DNA of 64,000 nt from Spirochaetia bacterium (GTDB lineage Bacteria; Spirochaetota; Spirochaetia; SZUA-6; Bin103), in contig OZ241907.1 in the NCBI GenBank assembly GCA_965203515.1, positions 1,088,001-1,152,000 of the forward strand, read 5' to 3'. The translations under genes were made by a program, and so were the position numbers. This document shows, piece after piece, positions 47,187 through 57,795 of the stretch; the stretch's first letter is position 1; each line of letters opens with the position of its first letter. The notes under the pieces are model-generated. The model worked only from the letters and a program-made list of their open reading frames with translations, searched no databases and was not told where the DNA came from.

Positions 47187-49775
47187 TCCCCCATGATGGG
47201 GCAGTATCTGCGGCTCAAGGCGTCGCAGCCGGGGGCGATCCTCTTCTTCCGGCTCGGCGACTTCTACGAGATGTTCGCCGAAGACGCGGAGCGGGCGGCG
47301 CCGATCCTGGACATCGCCCTGACCAAGCGCAACGGGGTGCCGATGTGCGGCGTGCCGCATCACGCCATGCAGACCTATCTGGCCAAGCTGCTGCGGGCCG
47401 GCCACAAGGTCGCGATCTGCGAACAGGTCGGTCCGGCCGGCGGCGGCCTGACCGAGCGGCGCGTCGTCGAGGTGGTCACGCCCGGGACGATCGTCGACGA
47501 GCGTCTGCTCGACCACGCCAGCAACAACTATCTGGCGGCGTTGGCCGACGGCGGCGCGGCGCTGGCGCTCGCCTGGGCGGACCTGTCGACCGGGGAACTG
47601 CGCGCCGCCCGCCTGCCCGCCGAACAGACGGAGCTGTGGCTGCGCGACCACATGCAGCGCCTGGCGCCGCGTGAGCTGATCGTCCAGGAGAGCCTGCTCG
47701 ATACCGGGTCGCCGGCGGAGCGGGTGCTGGCGGAGCGGCCGGAGCTGGTGCTCAACCGCTACCCGGACTGGCACTTCGACCTGGACGCCAACCACGACCT
47801 GCTGTGCCGGCAGTTCGGGGTGGTCGACCTGCGCTCGTTCGGACTCGATCGGACCGCCCCGGAGGTGCGCGCCGCCGGCGCGCTGGTCGGATACATCCGG
47901 CAGCATGCCCTGCAGGATACCCCGCACTCGGCCACCTCCCACCTGACCGACCTGATCGTGGAGGCGGTCGACGCCAATCTCCGCATCGACGAACCGACCC
48001 AGCGCAACCTGGAGCTGACCGCCAATCTCCTCGACGGAGGCCGGGAGCACACGCTGCTGGCGACCCTCGACCGCACGCGCACCTCGGTCGGCGCCCGCCT
48101 GCTGCGCCGGTCGATTCTGGCGCCGCTCCGCGACCGGGATGCGATCGAGCGGCGCCTCGACGCCGTCGACCGCCTGTTCCGGGACCAGGCGCTGCTCGCC
48201 CGCCTGCGGGTGGAACTCGACCGCTTCCGCGACCTGGAACGGCTTACGGCTCGCTGCTCGCTGGGGCGCTCCGAGGTGCGTGAGCTGCTGGCGGTCCGCA
48301 TCTGCCTGCAGTGCGCGGCGACGGTCGCGGAGCTGCTGGCCGCCGCCGTGCCCCGGCTGGCCGACGCGCTTCGCGCGCACGACGGCGACCTGCTGCCGGT
48401 GCTGGCCGTCCTCCGCGACGCCTTGTCCGACGCAGCCGACGACTCGGCGTTCCGAGCCGGACACTCGGCCGACCTCGACCGCCTGCACGCCGACACCGAC
48501 TCGGCCGAGCGGGAACTCGATGCCTACACGCGCGAGGTCCGGGCCGCGACCGGCATCGCGTCGCTGCGGATGAAGCACAACCGCGTGCTCGGCTATTTCT
48601 TCGACATCACCAAGCCCAATCTCGACCGGGTACCCGGCCATTTCATCCGCAGGCAGAGCCTTGCCGGCTCGGAGCGCTTCACGACCGAGCGGCTCATGGA
48701 CCTGGACGCCCGCATCCGGCGCGCTCAGGCCGACCGGGAAGAGGTGGAACGCGCCCGGTTGATCGACCTGCGCCGGCAGGTGGCCGAGCGGTCGGCCGCG
48801 CTGCTCCGGCTGGCATCGGCGGTGGCGGAAACCGATCTGGTGCAGTCGCTCGCCTCGGCGGCGACCGAGCTCGGCTTCAGCCGACCCGCCATCGTCGCCG
48901 CGGACATCATCGATATCCGCGGCGGTCGGCACCCGGTCGTGGAGCGCGCGCTGCCGCACGGAACCTTCATTCCCAACAGCATCGAGCTGGGAGCGGCGCA
49001 GCGCGTGCTGTTGCTGACCGGCCCCAACATGGCCGGCAAATCGACCTATCTCCGGCAGACGGCGCTGATCGCGATCATGAGCCACGTCGGCTCCTTCGTG
49101 CCGGCCGAACAGGCGCGCCTCGGGCTCATAGACGCCGTCTACTGCCGCGTCGGCGCCAGCGACAACATAGCTCGCGGGGAGTCGACGTTTCTGGTGGAGA
49201 TGGCGGAAACGGCGCGCATCCTGCGTCTGGCGCGCCGGGCCAGTCTGGTGATCATGGACGAGATCGGCCGCGGCACCGGCAGCGACGACGGACTGGCGAT
49301 CGCCCGCGCCGTGCTGGAGCACCTGCTGCGCGAGGTAGGCGCCAAGACGCTGTTCGCCACCCATTTTCGCGAGCTGACGACCCTGGACCATCCGCGGCTC
49401 GCCAACCGGTCCATGGCGGTCATGGAGCGCGGCGGCGACGTGGTGTTCCTCAAGACCGTGGTCGACGGCCCCGCCGACCGGTCGCACGGCATCCACGTCG
49501 CGCGCATGGCGGGAATTCCGCGCAGCGTCAGCGACTTGGCCGCGCGCTATCTGGAAGCCGCCCGCGGAGCGGATCATGCGCCGCCGGCGGCGGAAGCAGC
49601 GGAAGCGGAAGCGCCGGCAGCGGCCGACGGCCCGCAACAGCCGCGATTGTTCGACACCCGCCAGTCGGTGCGGGGCGCGTCCGTGCTGGACGAGCTGCGC
49701 GGTCTCGACCTCGGCGTCCTGCGCCCGATCGACGCGCTCAACCTGCTGCACGATTGGCAGGAGCGGGCGCGGTGA
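47175..49775 (+). CDS. mutS: DNA mismatch repair protein MutS
   Basis: PMMGQYL, FFRLGDFYEMF, TGPNMAGKSTYLRQ, STFLVEM, MDEIGRGT, FATHF. Confidence 0.97.
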   Translation: MNERSPMMGQYLRLKASQPGAILFFRLGDFYEMFAEDAERAAPILDIALTKRNGVPMCGVPHHAMQTYLAKLLRAGHKVAICEQVGPAGGGLTERRVVEVVTPGTIVDERLLDHASNNYLAALADGGAALALAWADLSTGELRAARLPAEQTELWLRDHMQRLAPRELIVQESLLDTGSPAERVLAERPELVLNRYPDWHFDLDANHDLLCRQFGVVDLRSFGLDRTAPEVRAAGALVGYIRQHALQDTPHSATSHLTDLIVEAVDANLRIDEPTQRNLELTANLLDGGREHTLLATLDRTRTSVGARLLRRSILAPLRDRDAIERRLDAVDRLFRDQALLARLRVELDRFRDLERLTARCSLGRSEVRELLAVRICLQCAATVAELLAAAVPRLADALRAHDGDLLPVLAVLRDALSDAADDSAFRAGHSADLDRLHADTDSAERELDAYTREVRAATGIASLRMKHNRVLGYFFDITKPNLDRVPGHFIRRQSLAGSERFTTERLMDLDARIRRAQADREEVERARLIDLRRQVAERSAALLRLASAVAETDLVQSLASAATELGFSRPAIVAADIIDIRGGRHPVVERALPHGTFIPNSIELGAAQRVLLLTGPNMAGKSTYLRQTALIAIMSHVGSFVPAEQARLGLIDAVYCRVGASDNIARGESTFLVEMAETARILRLARRASLVIMDEIGRGTGSDDGLAIARAVLEHLLREVGAKTLFATHFRELTTLDHPRLANRSMAVMERGGDVVFLKTVVDGPADRSHGIHVARMAGIPRSVSDLAARYLEAARGADHAPPAAEAAEAEAPAAADGPQQPRLFDTRQSVRGASVLDELRGLDLGVLRPIDALNLLHDWQERAR

Positions 49776-50494
49776 GCGGTATCGCCCTGCGCGCGGCGGC
49801 GGCGCTGCGCGCGCTCGCCGCGCACGCGCTGGGCGAGCGTTGCCTGGCGTGCGGCGAGTCGCCGGCGTCCGCGGCCGACTGCCGCGGTCCGGTGTGCGCC
49901 TCGTGCCGTCGCCGGCTGGAGGTGATCGACGGGCGGCGCTGCCGCTCCTGCAGCCGCCCGCTCGTCTCGGAGATCGACCGGTGCACCCGCTGCCGCAACC
50001 GGGACTACGCGTTCAGCGGCAATACCTCGCTCGCCGCCTACGCGGGCACGGTCAAGCGACTGCTGCATCACTACAAGTTCAATGCGCGGGCGCGTCTGGC
50101 GGGCGTGTTCGCTCAGGCGTTGGTCGACGCCGGCCTCGTCGACGGCGCCTGCTGCGTCGTCCCGGTGCCGGCGCGGCCGCGCGGCCTGCTGCGACCGGCG
50201 GCGCGGTTCGATCAGGTCGGCCTGCTCGCGCGCCGGTTGCGCCGCCGTACCGGCTGCGCGGTCCTCCCGGTGCTGCGCCGCTTGCCGGGACCGCCGCAGA
50301 AACGGCTCGACTACGAAGCGCGCGCGGGCAACGTCGCCGGCCGCATACGTCTGGTCGCCCGAGCGCCGCTGCCGGAGCGGGTGGTGCTGCTGGACGACGT
50401 GTTCACCACCGGCGCGACCGCGCACGAGTGCGCTCGGGTGCTGGCGCGAAGCGGGGTGCGCGAGGTCCGGGTCGTGACCGTCGCGCTTGGCTGA
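49772..50494 (+). CDS. comF: ComF family protein (double zinc ribbon + PRTase)
   Basis: Four CxxC pairs, LLHHYKF, VPVP, VLLDDVFTTGAT. Confidence 0.9.
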   Translation: MSGIALRAAAALRALAAHALGERCLACGESPASAADCRGPVCASCRRRLEVIDGRRCRSCSRPLVSEIDRCTRCRNRDYAFSGNTSLAAYAGTVKRLLHHYKFNARARLAGVFAQALVDAGLVDGACCVVPVPARPRGLLRPAARFDQVGLLARRLRRRTGCAVLPVLRRLPGPPQKRLDYEARAGNVAGRIRLVARAPLPERVVLLDDVFTTGATAHECARVLARSGVREVRVVTVALG

Positions 50495-50620
50495 AAGCGG
50501 CGCGCGCCCGCCGCATCGCGGTCTTGACCGGCCGGACCGATCCGTTCTACCTTGATCGCAGGCGGGTCCGACCCGTGCGGCACGGCGAACCGTGCCGCAC
50601 GCCGGGGTAGCCCGGCAGGG

Positions 50621-50659
50621 TAGTATCGGCAGGGAGTCGAGGGGTTCGACTCCTTTTTT
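50621..50659 (+). promoter_or_regulatory. rimP leader: -10 box followed by a terminator-like hairpin
   Basis: TAGTAT 50621-50626; GGAGTCGA-GGGGT-TCGACTCC-TTTTTT at 50633-50659, upstream of rimP-nusA-infB. Confidence 0.75.
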
Positions 50660-50692
50660 GTGCACCGGCTTTCATGCATCCGGGGAGGTGAC

Positions 50693-51295
50693 GTGGCAGA
50701 CGACGGGCAGTGCGGAGCGGGCGCCATCGCCGCGGCGGGGGCGCGGCAGGACGGCGCTCCGGCCGGCAGTGGCTTCGCGGCCAGCAGCGGCTTCGCGGCC
50801 GGCAGCGGCTTCGCGGCCGGCAGCGGCTTCGCCGAACAGGTGCGCGCCGAGGTGGCGCCCGCGGTCCGTTCGTTCGGCTTCGACCTGGTAGAGATCGACG
50901 CCGCGCGCCTGGCGCGGCGCAGCCTGGTCCGCCTGGTCGTCTACCGCCCGGACGGTATGACGGCCGACGACTGCGCGGCGCTGGCGCGGGCCGTACGGTA
51001 CCGGCTCGCGCTGGTGCCGGGCGCGGAAGACGCCCGGCTCGAGGTCAGCACGCCCGGCACCGCGCGCAAGCTCAAGGCGGCGCATGAGTACGCGATCTTC
51101 CGGGGTCGCACGGTGGAGGTCCTGCTGGACGGCGTCTGGCTGCGCGGCGTCATCGCCGCGGCCGAAGGCGGTATAGTAACGATCGACACCGGTACGGAAG
51201 AGCGGCGGATCGAGATAGGGCGGATCGGCAAGGGACGGTTGAGCGACGACATGATTGACCGACACGACGACGGGAGCGGGACCGATGTCGAGTGA
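50693..51295 (+). CDS. rimP: Ribosome maturation factor RimP
   Basis: GGAGGT RBS; GFDLVE, DGMTADDC, LEVSTPGTARKLK..EYAIFRGR. Confidence 0.9.
   Translation: MADDGQCGAGAIAAAGARQDGAPAGSGFAASSGFAAGSGFAAGSGFAEQVRAEVAPAVRSFGFDLVEIDAARLARRSLVRLVVYRPDGMTADDCAALARAVRYRLALVPGAEDARLEVSTPGTARKLKAAHEYAIFRGRTVEVLLDGVWLRGVIAAAEGGIVTIDTGTEERRIEIGRIGKGRLSDDMIDRHDDGSGTDVE
50761..50832 (+). repeat. 4 x 18-bp coding tandem repeat (AGSGFA) in the RimP N-terminus
   Basis: GGCCGGCAGCGGCTTCGC units. Confidence 0.9.
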
Positions 51296-52889
51296 GATGG
51301 CGTTGGCGATCCGGCAATTGGTACAGGACCGCGGCATCTCGGAAGACTTGGTCGTCAAGACGATCGAAGACGTGCTGCTGGCCGCCTACAAGCGCCGCTT
51401 CGGGACCGCGGAGAACGCCGTCATCCGCTTCACGGACGATGCCGCCGACGTGACCATCTACGCCCAGAAGCGCATCGTCGCGGCGGTCGACGACCCGGTC
51501 ACGGAGATCGGGCTCGACGACGCGCTGGGCTACACCGATCAGGCGGAGATCGGCGACGAGCTGCTGATCGAGATCAACCCGCGCGAGTTCGACCGCGCCT
51601 CCATCCAGAGCGCGAAGCAGCGCGCGCGGCAGACGTTGCGCGAAATCCAGAAGGACACGCTGTACTCGGAATTCGAGGACAAGGTCGGCGAGATGATCAT
51701 CGGCTACCACCAGCGGGAGCGAAACGGCGCGATCTTCGTCGACCTGGGCAAGACGGAAGGCATCATGCCGCGCAAGTATCAGAGCCCCCGCGAGGTGTAT
51801 CGGCCGAACGATCGCATCCGCGCCCTCATCTACGACGTCGAGAAGACGCCGACCGGCCTGCAGATCATCCTGTCGCGCACGCACACGCAGTTCGTGCGCA
51901 AGATCTTCGAGCTCGAGGTGCCGGAGATCTACGACGGCACGATCGAGATCTACAAGATGGTCCGCGAGCCGGGGTACCGAACCAAGATGGCCGTCTACTC
52001 CACGCGCGACGACGTCGACCCGGTCGGCGCCTGCGTCGGCATGCGCGGCGTGCGTATCCAGGCGGTCGTGCGCGAGCTGGAGGGCGAGAAGATCGACGTC
52101 CTCAAGTACGATCCCGATCCGGCCGCATTCATCAGGAACGCCCTGCAGCCGGCCGAGGTCGAAGACGTGATCATCGTCGACGACGCGACGCGGCACGCGC
52201 TGGCGGTCGTACAGGATGCGCAGTTCTCGCTCGCCATCGGCCGGCAGGGGCTGAACGTGAGGCTTGCGAACCGCCTGGTCGACTGGAACATCGACGTCAA
52301 GACCCGCGCGCAGGTCGCGGACATGGACCTGGGCGGCGACAAGAAGCGGGACGCGGCGGCGCTGTTCCGGGAGGACGAGGCGCAGGAGATCGCGCGCATC
52401 ACGGAGCTTCCCGGCGTGCCGGAGCGGATCGCCGCGGCGCTGGCCGATCAGGGCATAGAACGGATCGAGGACCTGGTCGAGATGTCGGACGATCAGCTCG
52501 TGGCGACGCGAGGCCTCACGTCGGAGGATATCTCGACGATCCGCAACCTCCTCGACGAGACGGTGGAGATCGTCGAGGAGGAGGACGCCGATGAGGTCGT
52601 TCCGGCGGACGGTGACGAACCCGCCTACGAAGCGGAAGCGGAAGCGGACGCGGTCGACGAACAGGAGCAGGTCGAGGAGATCACCGCCGTGTCGGAGCTC
52701 GGCTTCGAGCAGCGCGTCACCGACGCGCTGGCGGCCGCCGGCATCCTTGAGGCCGAAGCGCTCATGTCGATGACGGAAGAGGATCTCGCCGGCGTCGCCG
52801 GCCTCAGCGCCGGCGACGTGGCGAGCATACGGAAACTGCTCGATGAAAGCGTCGAGATCATCGAGGAATCGCCGGTAGACGGCGCGTAA
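51285..52889 (+). CDS. nusA: Transcription factor NusA with two acidic C-terminal repeats
   Basis: LSRTHTQFVRKIFELEVPEI, REPGYRTK, VGACVGMRG, AIGRQGLNVRLA. Confidence 0.97.
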   Translation: MSSEMALAIRQLVQDRGISEDLVVKTIEDVLLAAYKRRFGTAENAVIRFTDDAADVTIYAQKRIVAAVDDPVTEIGLDDALGYTDQAEIGDELLIEINPREFDRASIQSAKQRARQTLREIQKDTLYSEFEDKVGEMIIGYHQRERNGAIFVDLGKTEGIMPRKYQSPREVYRPNDRIRALIYDVEKTPTGLQIILSRTHTQFVRKIFELEVPEIYDGTIEIYKMVREPGYRTKMAVYSTRDDVDPVGACVGMRGVRIQAVVRELEGEKIDVLKYDPDPAAFIRNALQPAEVEDVIIVDDATRHALAVVQDAQFSLAIGRQGLNVRLANRLVDWNIDVKTRAQVADMDLGGDKKRDAAALFREDEAQEIARITELPGVPERIAAALADQGIERIEDLVEMSDDQLVATRGLTSEDISTIRNLLDETVEIVEEEDADEVVPADGDEPAYEAEAEADAVDEQEQVEEITAVSELGFEQRVTDALAAAGILEAEALMSMTEEDLAGVAGLSAGDVASIRKLLDESVEIIEESPVDGA

Positions 52890-52903
52890 GGGCGGGCAGA
52901 GAG

Positions 52904-55611
52904 ATGGCGGAAAAGACGGACAACCCCGTGAACCGAACCCCGGAAGATGAAGCCGAGCGCAAGCCCAAGCCGAAGGTCACGCTCATCAAGAAGCGTCCCG
53001 ACTCGCAGGGGTCAGGCGACGGAGAGCCGCCGGCGCGCCCCCCCGTGAAGCGCCGGGTCGTGATCCGCAGGCGCCCCGTGGAGACGCCGCAGACACACCC
53101 GCCACCCCCGCCGCCGCCGAAGGACGGGCCGGCACGACAACCGGCGCCGCCGCGGACCCCGACATCGCCGCAGCCTCAGTCGCCGCCGCGGACCCAGGCG
53201 CCGCCGCGGACCCAGGCACCGCCGCGGACGCAGACGCCGCCACAGACGCAGGCGCCGCCGCAGACGCAGGCATCGCCGCAGAAGCAGACGCCGCCGCAGA
53301 CCCCGACATCGCCGCAGAAGCAGACGCCGCCGCGGACCCAGACACCGTCACGGACGCAGACGCCGGCGCGGAAGCAGACATCGCCGCAGACGCAGGCGCC
53401 GCGGACCCAGACACCGGCACGGACCCAGGCGCCCACTGGCGGCCCCGCGAAGGCGGGCCCGCGCATCGATCCGCTGCATCGGCCGCTGCGGCTTCCCAAG
53501 CGCGATCCCCGACCCGCGTCGCAGCGGCCGGCGCCGCCGTCCGGGTTTCGCCCGCCGCGGAACTTCCGCCCTCCGCAGGGCCCGCAAGGACCGCGAGCGC
53601 CGGGTCAACGCGCCGCGCCCTCGGGGCCGGCGCGGCGCCCGCCGGAACGCCCGCTCAACTTCCGGCCCCCCCAGCCGGGGCGCGGCCCCGGCCGGCAGCC
53701 GTTCGGCCCCAACGCCGGCGCGCCGCCGTCCGCGCCGGGACGCGGTCCGGGCCGCTCGCGGAGCAAGCCGCGCCGGCGCGGCCAGTACTCGCGCGAGCGA
53801 TTCGAGGAACACGCGGAAAGCTGGTGCAGCAGCGCCGCCGCGAGGATGAAGCGGCGGCCGTACCGGGCGAGATCGACATCATGGAGCACGTCACGGTTTC
53901 GGAACTGGCGCGCAAGATGAACCTCAAGGCGTCCAGCCTCATCGGCAAGCTGATGGAGATGGGCAGCATGGTCACCATCAACCAGCAGATCGACTCCGAT
54001 ACCGCGACCGTGATCGCCGATCAGTACGGCTGCAAGGTCAACGTCGTCTCGCTCTATCACGAGACGCTGATCGAGTCGGAGAAGCCGGAAGATGCCGACG
54101 ACGAGCCGCGGCCGCCGATCGTCACCATCATGGGGCACGTCGACCACGGCAAGACCAAGCTGATGGACGCCATCCGCGCGGCGAACGTCGCCGACCAGGA
54201 GCATGGCGGCATCACCCAGCACATCGGCGCCTACGCGGTCTCCATCGATCAGGGCCGCATCGTGTTTCTGGACACGCCCGGCCACGAAGCCTTCACCAAC
54301 ATGCGGGCGCGCGGCGCCCAGGTTACCGACATCGTGGTGCTGGTGGTCGCCGCCGACGACGGGGTCATGCCGCAGACCGTAGAGGCGATCTCACACGCCC
54401 GCGATGCCGAGGTGCCGATCATCGTCGCCGTCAACAAGTGCGATCTGGAGGACGCCAATCCGGAACGGGTCAAGCAGCAGCTCTCCGACCATGACCTGGT
54501 GCCCGAGGAGTGGGGCGGAGATACCCTGTACCGGCAGGTGTCGGCGCTTGCCAAGACGGGAATCGACGATCTGTTGGAAGCGATTCTGCTGCAGGCCGAC
54601 CTGCAGGAGCTGCGGGCGCCGTATGCGATCCGCGCGGAAGGGCGCGTGATCGAGTCCAAGGTCGACCTGGGCCGCGGCACGGTCGGCACGGTGCTGATCG
54701 AACGCGGTACCCTGCGCAGCGGCGATCCGTTCATCGCCGGCGTATTCCCCGGCAAGGTTCGGGCGATGTTCGACGACCGCGGCTCCCCGGTGCAGGAGGC
54801 GACGCCGTCCCTGCCGGTCGAGATCCTCGGCTTCTCCGGACTGCCCGCCGCCGGCGATCCGTTTCAGGTGACCGTCGACGAACGGACCGCCCGTACGGTC
54901 GGCGCCAAACGGCAGGAGCTGCGCAAGGTCAAGGATGCGGGCTCGGTCAACCAGATCACCCTCGACAACCTGTACGAGACGATCAAGGAAGGGAGCATCC
55001 AGGAGTTCAAGATCGTCGCCAAGGGCGACGTGCACGGCTCGGTGGAGGCGCTGGTCTCCGCCCTGGAGCGTCTGTCCACCGACGACATCAAGCTCACCGT
55101 CATCCACTCGTCCGCGGGCGCGATCAACGAAAACGACGTGATGCTGGCGTCCGCCTCCAACGCCATCATCATCGGCTTCCACATTCGGCCGACTCCCAAG
55201 GCGCAGGAGCTGGCGGACCAGGAGAAGGTGGAGATACGCCGCTACGACCTGATCTACGAAGCGGTCGAAGAGATACGCGATTCGATGGAGGGGATGCTGG
55301 CTCCGGAGGTGCTCACCGAGTCGGTGGGCGCCGCCGAGGTGCGCGAGCTGTTCCGCATCTCCCGAATCGGCACCATCGCCGGGTGCTACGTCACCTCCGG
55401 GCTCGTGCGCCGCAACGCCGCGGTCCACGTCGTCCGCGACGGGGCGCAAGTGTACGAGGGCAGGATCATGACCCTGCGGCGATTCAAGGAGGACGTGACC
55501 GAAGTGGAAGCCGGGTTCGAGTGCGGCATCCGCGTCGAGAACTTCAACGATCTGAAGCAAGGCGACAGTATCGAAGCCTTCGAGACCAAAGAGGTCGCGA
55601 AGAAGCTCTAA
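52904..55611 (+). CDS. infB: Translation initiation factor IF-2 (apparent 1-nt frameshift at 53817-53819)
   Basis: N-terminal Pro-rich part in ORF 52904-53920; [28 protein letters not shown] and GFECGI in ORF 53824-55611. Confidence 0.95.
53143..53431 (+). repeat. 18-bp coding tandem repeats (TQAPPR/KQTPPQ-like) in the IF-2 N-terminal region
   Basis: About 15 degenerate CCGCCGC(G/A)GAC(C/G)CAG(A/G)C units; boundaries approximate. Confidence 0.85.
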
Positions 55612-55647
55612 AGCGCGCCGGCGCGACCGCGGGGGACGGACGACAGG

Positions 55648-55992
55648 ATGGCGAACCAACGAGGCGAGAAGGTCGGGCGGCTGCTGCGCGAGGTCTTGGG
55701 AGAGATGATCGTCGGCGGCATCCTGGCCGATCCGCGCATCGACCCGCTGCTCAACCTGACGCGCGTCAAGGTCTCCCGCGACCTCAAGCACGCCACCGTG
55801 TTCGTCTCCCACCACGGCGAAGAGCCGGTGACCGGCCCTGCCACGGACGCGCTCAATCATGCCGCCGGCTATCTGCAGGCGGAGCTGGCGCGCCGCATCC
55901 GCCTGCGGGAGACGCCCAGGTTGCGGTTCCGGGCGGACTCTTCGGTCGCCGACGGCTTTCGAGTGCTGCAGAAGATCCGCAGACTCTCCTAG
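55648..55992 (+). CDS. rbfA: Ribosome-binding factor A
   Basis: DPRI, VKVSRDLKHATVFVS, LNHAAGYL, LRETPRLRF. Confidence 0.95.
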   Translation: MANQRGEKVGRLLREVLGEMIVGGILADPRIDPLLNLTRVKVSRDLKHATVFVSHHGEEPVTGPATDALNHAAGYLQAELARRIRLRETPRLRFRADSSVADGFRVLQKIRRLS

Positions 55993-56033
55993 CGTCCCCC
56001 GCAGGAGCCGGGAGCAGCGGGAGCCTGGAGAAG

Positions 56034-56969
56034 ATGCGATACGACGCGGGCCGGGACCCGGGCATGGTGCTCTTGCGCAAGCCGTCCGGCGTCACCTCGT
56101 TCGCCGCCCTCGGCCGCCTGAAGCGCGCGCTCGGCACGCGGCGCATCGGCCATACCGGCACCCTGGACCGCTTCGCCTCCGGTCTGCTGATCGCCCTGGT
56201 CGGGCGGCTGACCCGCATCGGCTGGTTGATCACCGACCTGCCCAAACGCTACCGCGCCACCGTGCAACTGGGCGAGCAGACGGCCACGCTCGACCCCGAA
56301 GGACCGGTAGAACTGCGCCGTCCGCTGCCGTCTCCGCAGGCGCTCGAACAGGCGCTGCCCGCCTTCGTCGGCCGCATACGCCAGGTCCCGCCCGCGTACA
56401 GCGCCGTGCACGTCGGCGGCGAGCGCGCGTCGCGGCTGGCGCGCCGCGGCACCCCGACCCTGCCGGCGGCCCGCGAGGTGCACGTCGAAAGCCTGCGCAT
56501 CACCGCCATGGAGCTGCCGCGGATGACGATCGAGGTGGTCTGCGGCAAAGGGACCTACGTGCGCTCGCTGGCGCGCGACCTGGCGGCGGCGGCCGGCAGC
56601 TGCGGGTACCTCGCGGAGCTGCAGCGTCTGTCGATCGGCGCCTTCACGGTCGACGACGCCGCGCCGATCGACACCGCCGGCGCCGGCGACGTGATCCCTC
56701 CGCCGGAGTTCCTGCACCGCATCGACGGCCTGCAGGTGCGGCGCGTGACTCCCGCCGGGGAACGCAGCGTCCGCAACGGGCAGCCGATGGAACCGCGCTT
56801 CCTGTCGAGCGAGCCGTCCGGCGAGTCGCCGTGCGCGCTGCTCGCCGGGCGCGAGTTGCTCGCCATCATCGAGCCGGCGGCCCGCAGCTCCGACCGCGCA
56901 CCGCGCCCCTACCGCTACCGGTGCGTCCTTGCCGACCGACTCGACCACGCCGCGGGGCGGACCGCGTGA
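56034..56969 (+). CDS. truB: tRNA pseudouridine(55) synthase
   Basis: KPSGVTS, GHTGTLDRFASGLL, QVPPAYSA, CGKGTYVRSLARDL. Confidence 0.95.
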   Translation: MRYDAGRDPGMVLLRKPSGVTSFAALGRLKRALGTRRIGHTGTLDRFASGLLIALVGRLTRIGWLITDLPKRYRATVQLGEQTATLDPEGPVELRRPLPSPQALEQALPAFVGRIRQVPPAYSAVHVGGERASRLARRGTPTLPAAREVHVESLRITAMELPRMTIEVVCGKGTYVRSLARDLAAAAGSCGYLAELQRLSIGAFTVDDAAPIDTAGAGDVIPPPEFLHRIDGLQVRRVTPAGERSVRNGQPMEPRFLSSEPSGESPCALLAGRELLAIIEPAARSSDRAPRPYRYRCVLADRLDHAAGRTA

Positions 56970-57778
56970 CGGTCCTGGACTGGCAGGCGCTGGCCGGCCG
57001 GCCGCTCGACCACGCCGTCGTGGTCGCCATCGGCGTGTTCGACGGCCTGCACCGCGGCCATCGGACGCTGCTTCGGCACGTCGTCGCGCATGGCGGGGGA
57101 GCGCCGGCGGTGCTGAGCTTCGACCCGCTGCCCGCCTCGGTGCTGTTCGGGAGCAGCGACCGTCTGATCCTGTCGCGACGGCAGAAGGAACGGGAGCTGG
57201 CGCGGCTGGGCATCCGCTATCTGATCGTCGTTGACTTTTCTCTCAGCTTCAGTCAGATTACCGGTGAAGCGTTCGTCAGCCAGATGCTGCGGCGCGCCGC
57301 CGTGCGCGGCGTGGTCGTCGGACAGGACTTTCGGTGTGGGCGGCATCGTGACACCGATACCGGAAAGCTGTGCCGGTTGTTGCGCGGACACGGCGTGGAG
57401 ACCCGCGTCGTGGAGTTGGTCCGTCGTCGGACGGAGATGGAAGAGGGGCACGGGGGCGACGGAGCGAAGGTGAGCAGCAGCAGCATACGGCGGGCGATCG
57501 ACAGCGGTGACCTCTCCATGGTACGGTCGATGCTCGGCCGCGACTATGAACTGGACGTGGCTGGCATCACGCCCGACCGCACCGGCACGGACGGCAGTTT
57601 GGTGTTTCCGGCCTCGTCGTTGACGCAGATACTCCCCGGACCGGGACGCTACGTCGGCTTCGCCTGCGGCGCATCCGGCCGCACGACGGCGCGCATCACG
57701 GTGCAGCCCGACCGGGTCATCGTCAGCGGGGCGATCGACTCGGCGGCCGGAATCGGTTTCGCACGGCGCGAATCGTAG
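56966..57778 (+). CDS. ribF: FAD synthetase with degenerate riboflavin-kinase module
   Basis: IGVFDGLHRGH, VVGQDFRCG, KVSSSSIR, MLGRDY; no PTAN motif. Confidence 0.85.
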   Translation: MTVLDWQALAGRPLDHAVVVAIGVFDGLHRGHRTLLRHVVAHGGGAPAVLSFDPLPASVLFGSSDRLILSRRQKERELARLGIRYLIVVDFSLSFSQITGEAFVSQMLRRAAVRGVVVGQDFRCGRHRDTDTGKLCRLLRGHGVETRVVELVRRRTEMEEGHGGDGAKVSSSSIRRAIDSGDLSMVRSMLGRDYELDVAGITPDRTGTDGSLVFPASSLTQILPGPGRYVGFACGASGRTTARITVQPDRVIVSGAIDSAAGIGFARRES

Positions 57779-57795
57779 AGGACCGGAGAAGCAGG

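Noticed and set aside
53143..53431. 18-bp repeat array as a CRISPR-like or regulatory array
   Set aside because: In frame within the low-complexity IF-2 N-terminal region, degenerate at third positions, no spacers
18819..53819. A shared programmed frameshifting system across ddl, the 36.5-kb gene and infB
   Set aside because: The sites share no slippery heptamer or stimulator; each is one base short in a 3-5 nt homopolymer, which is typical of long-read consensus error
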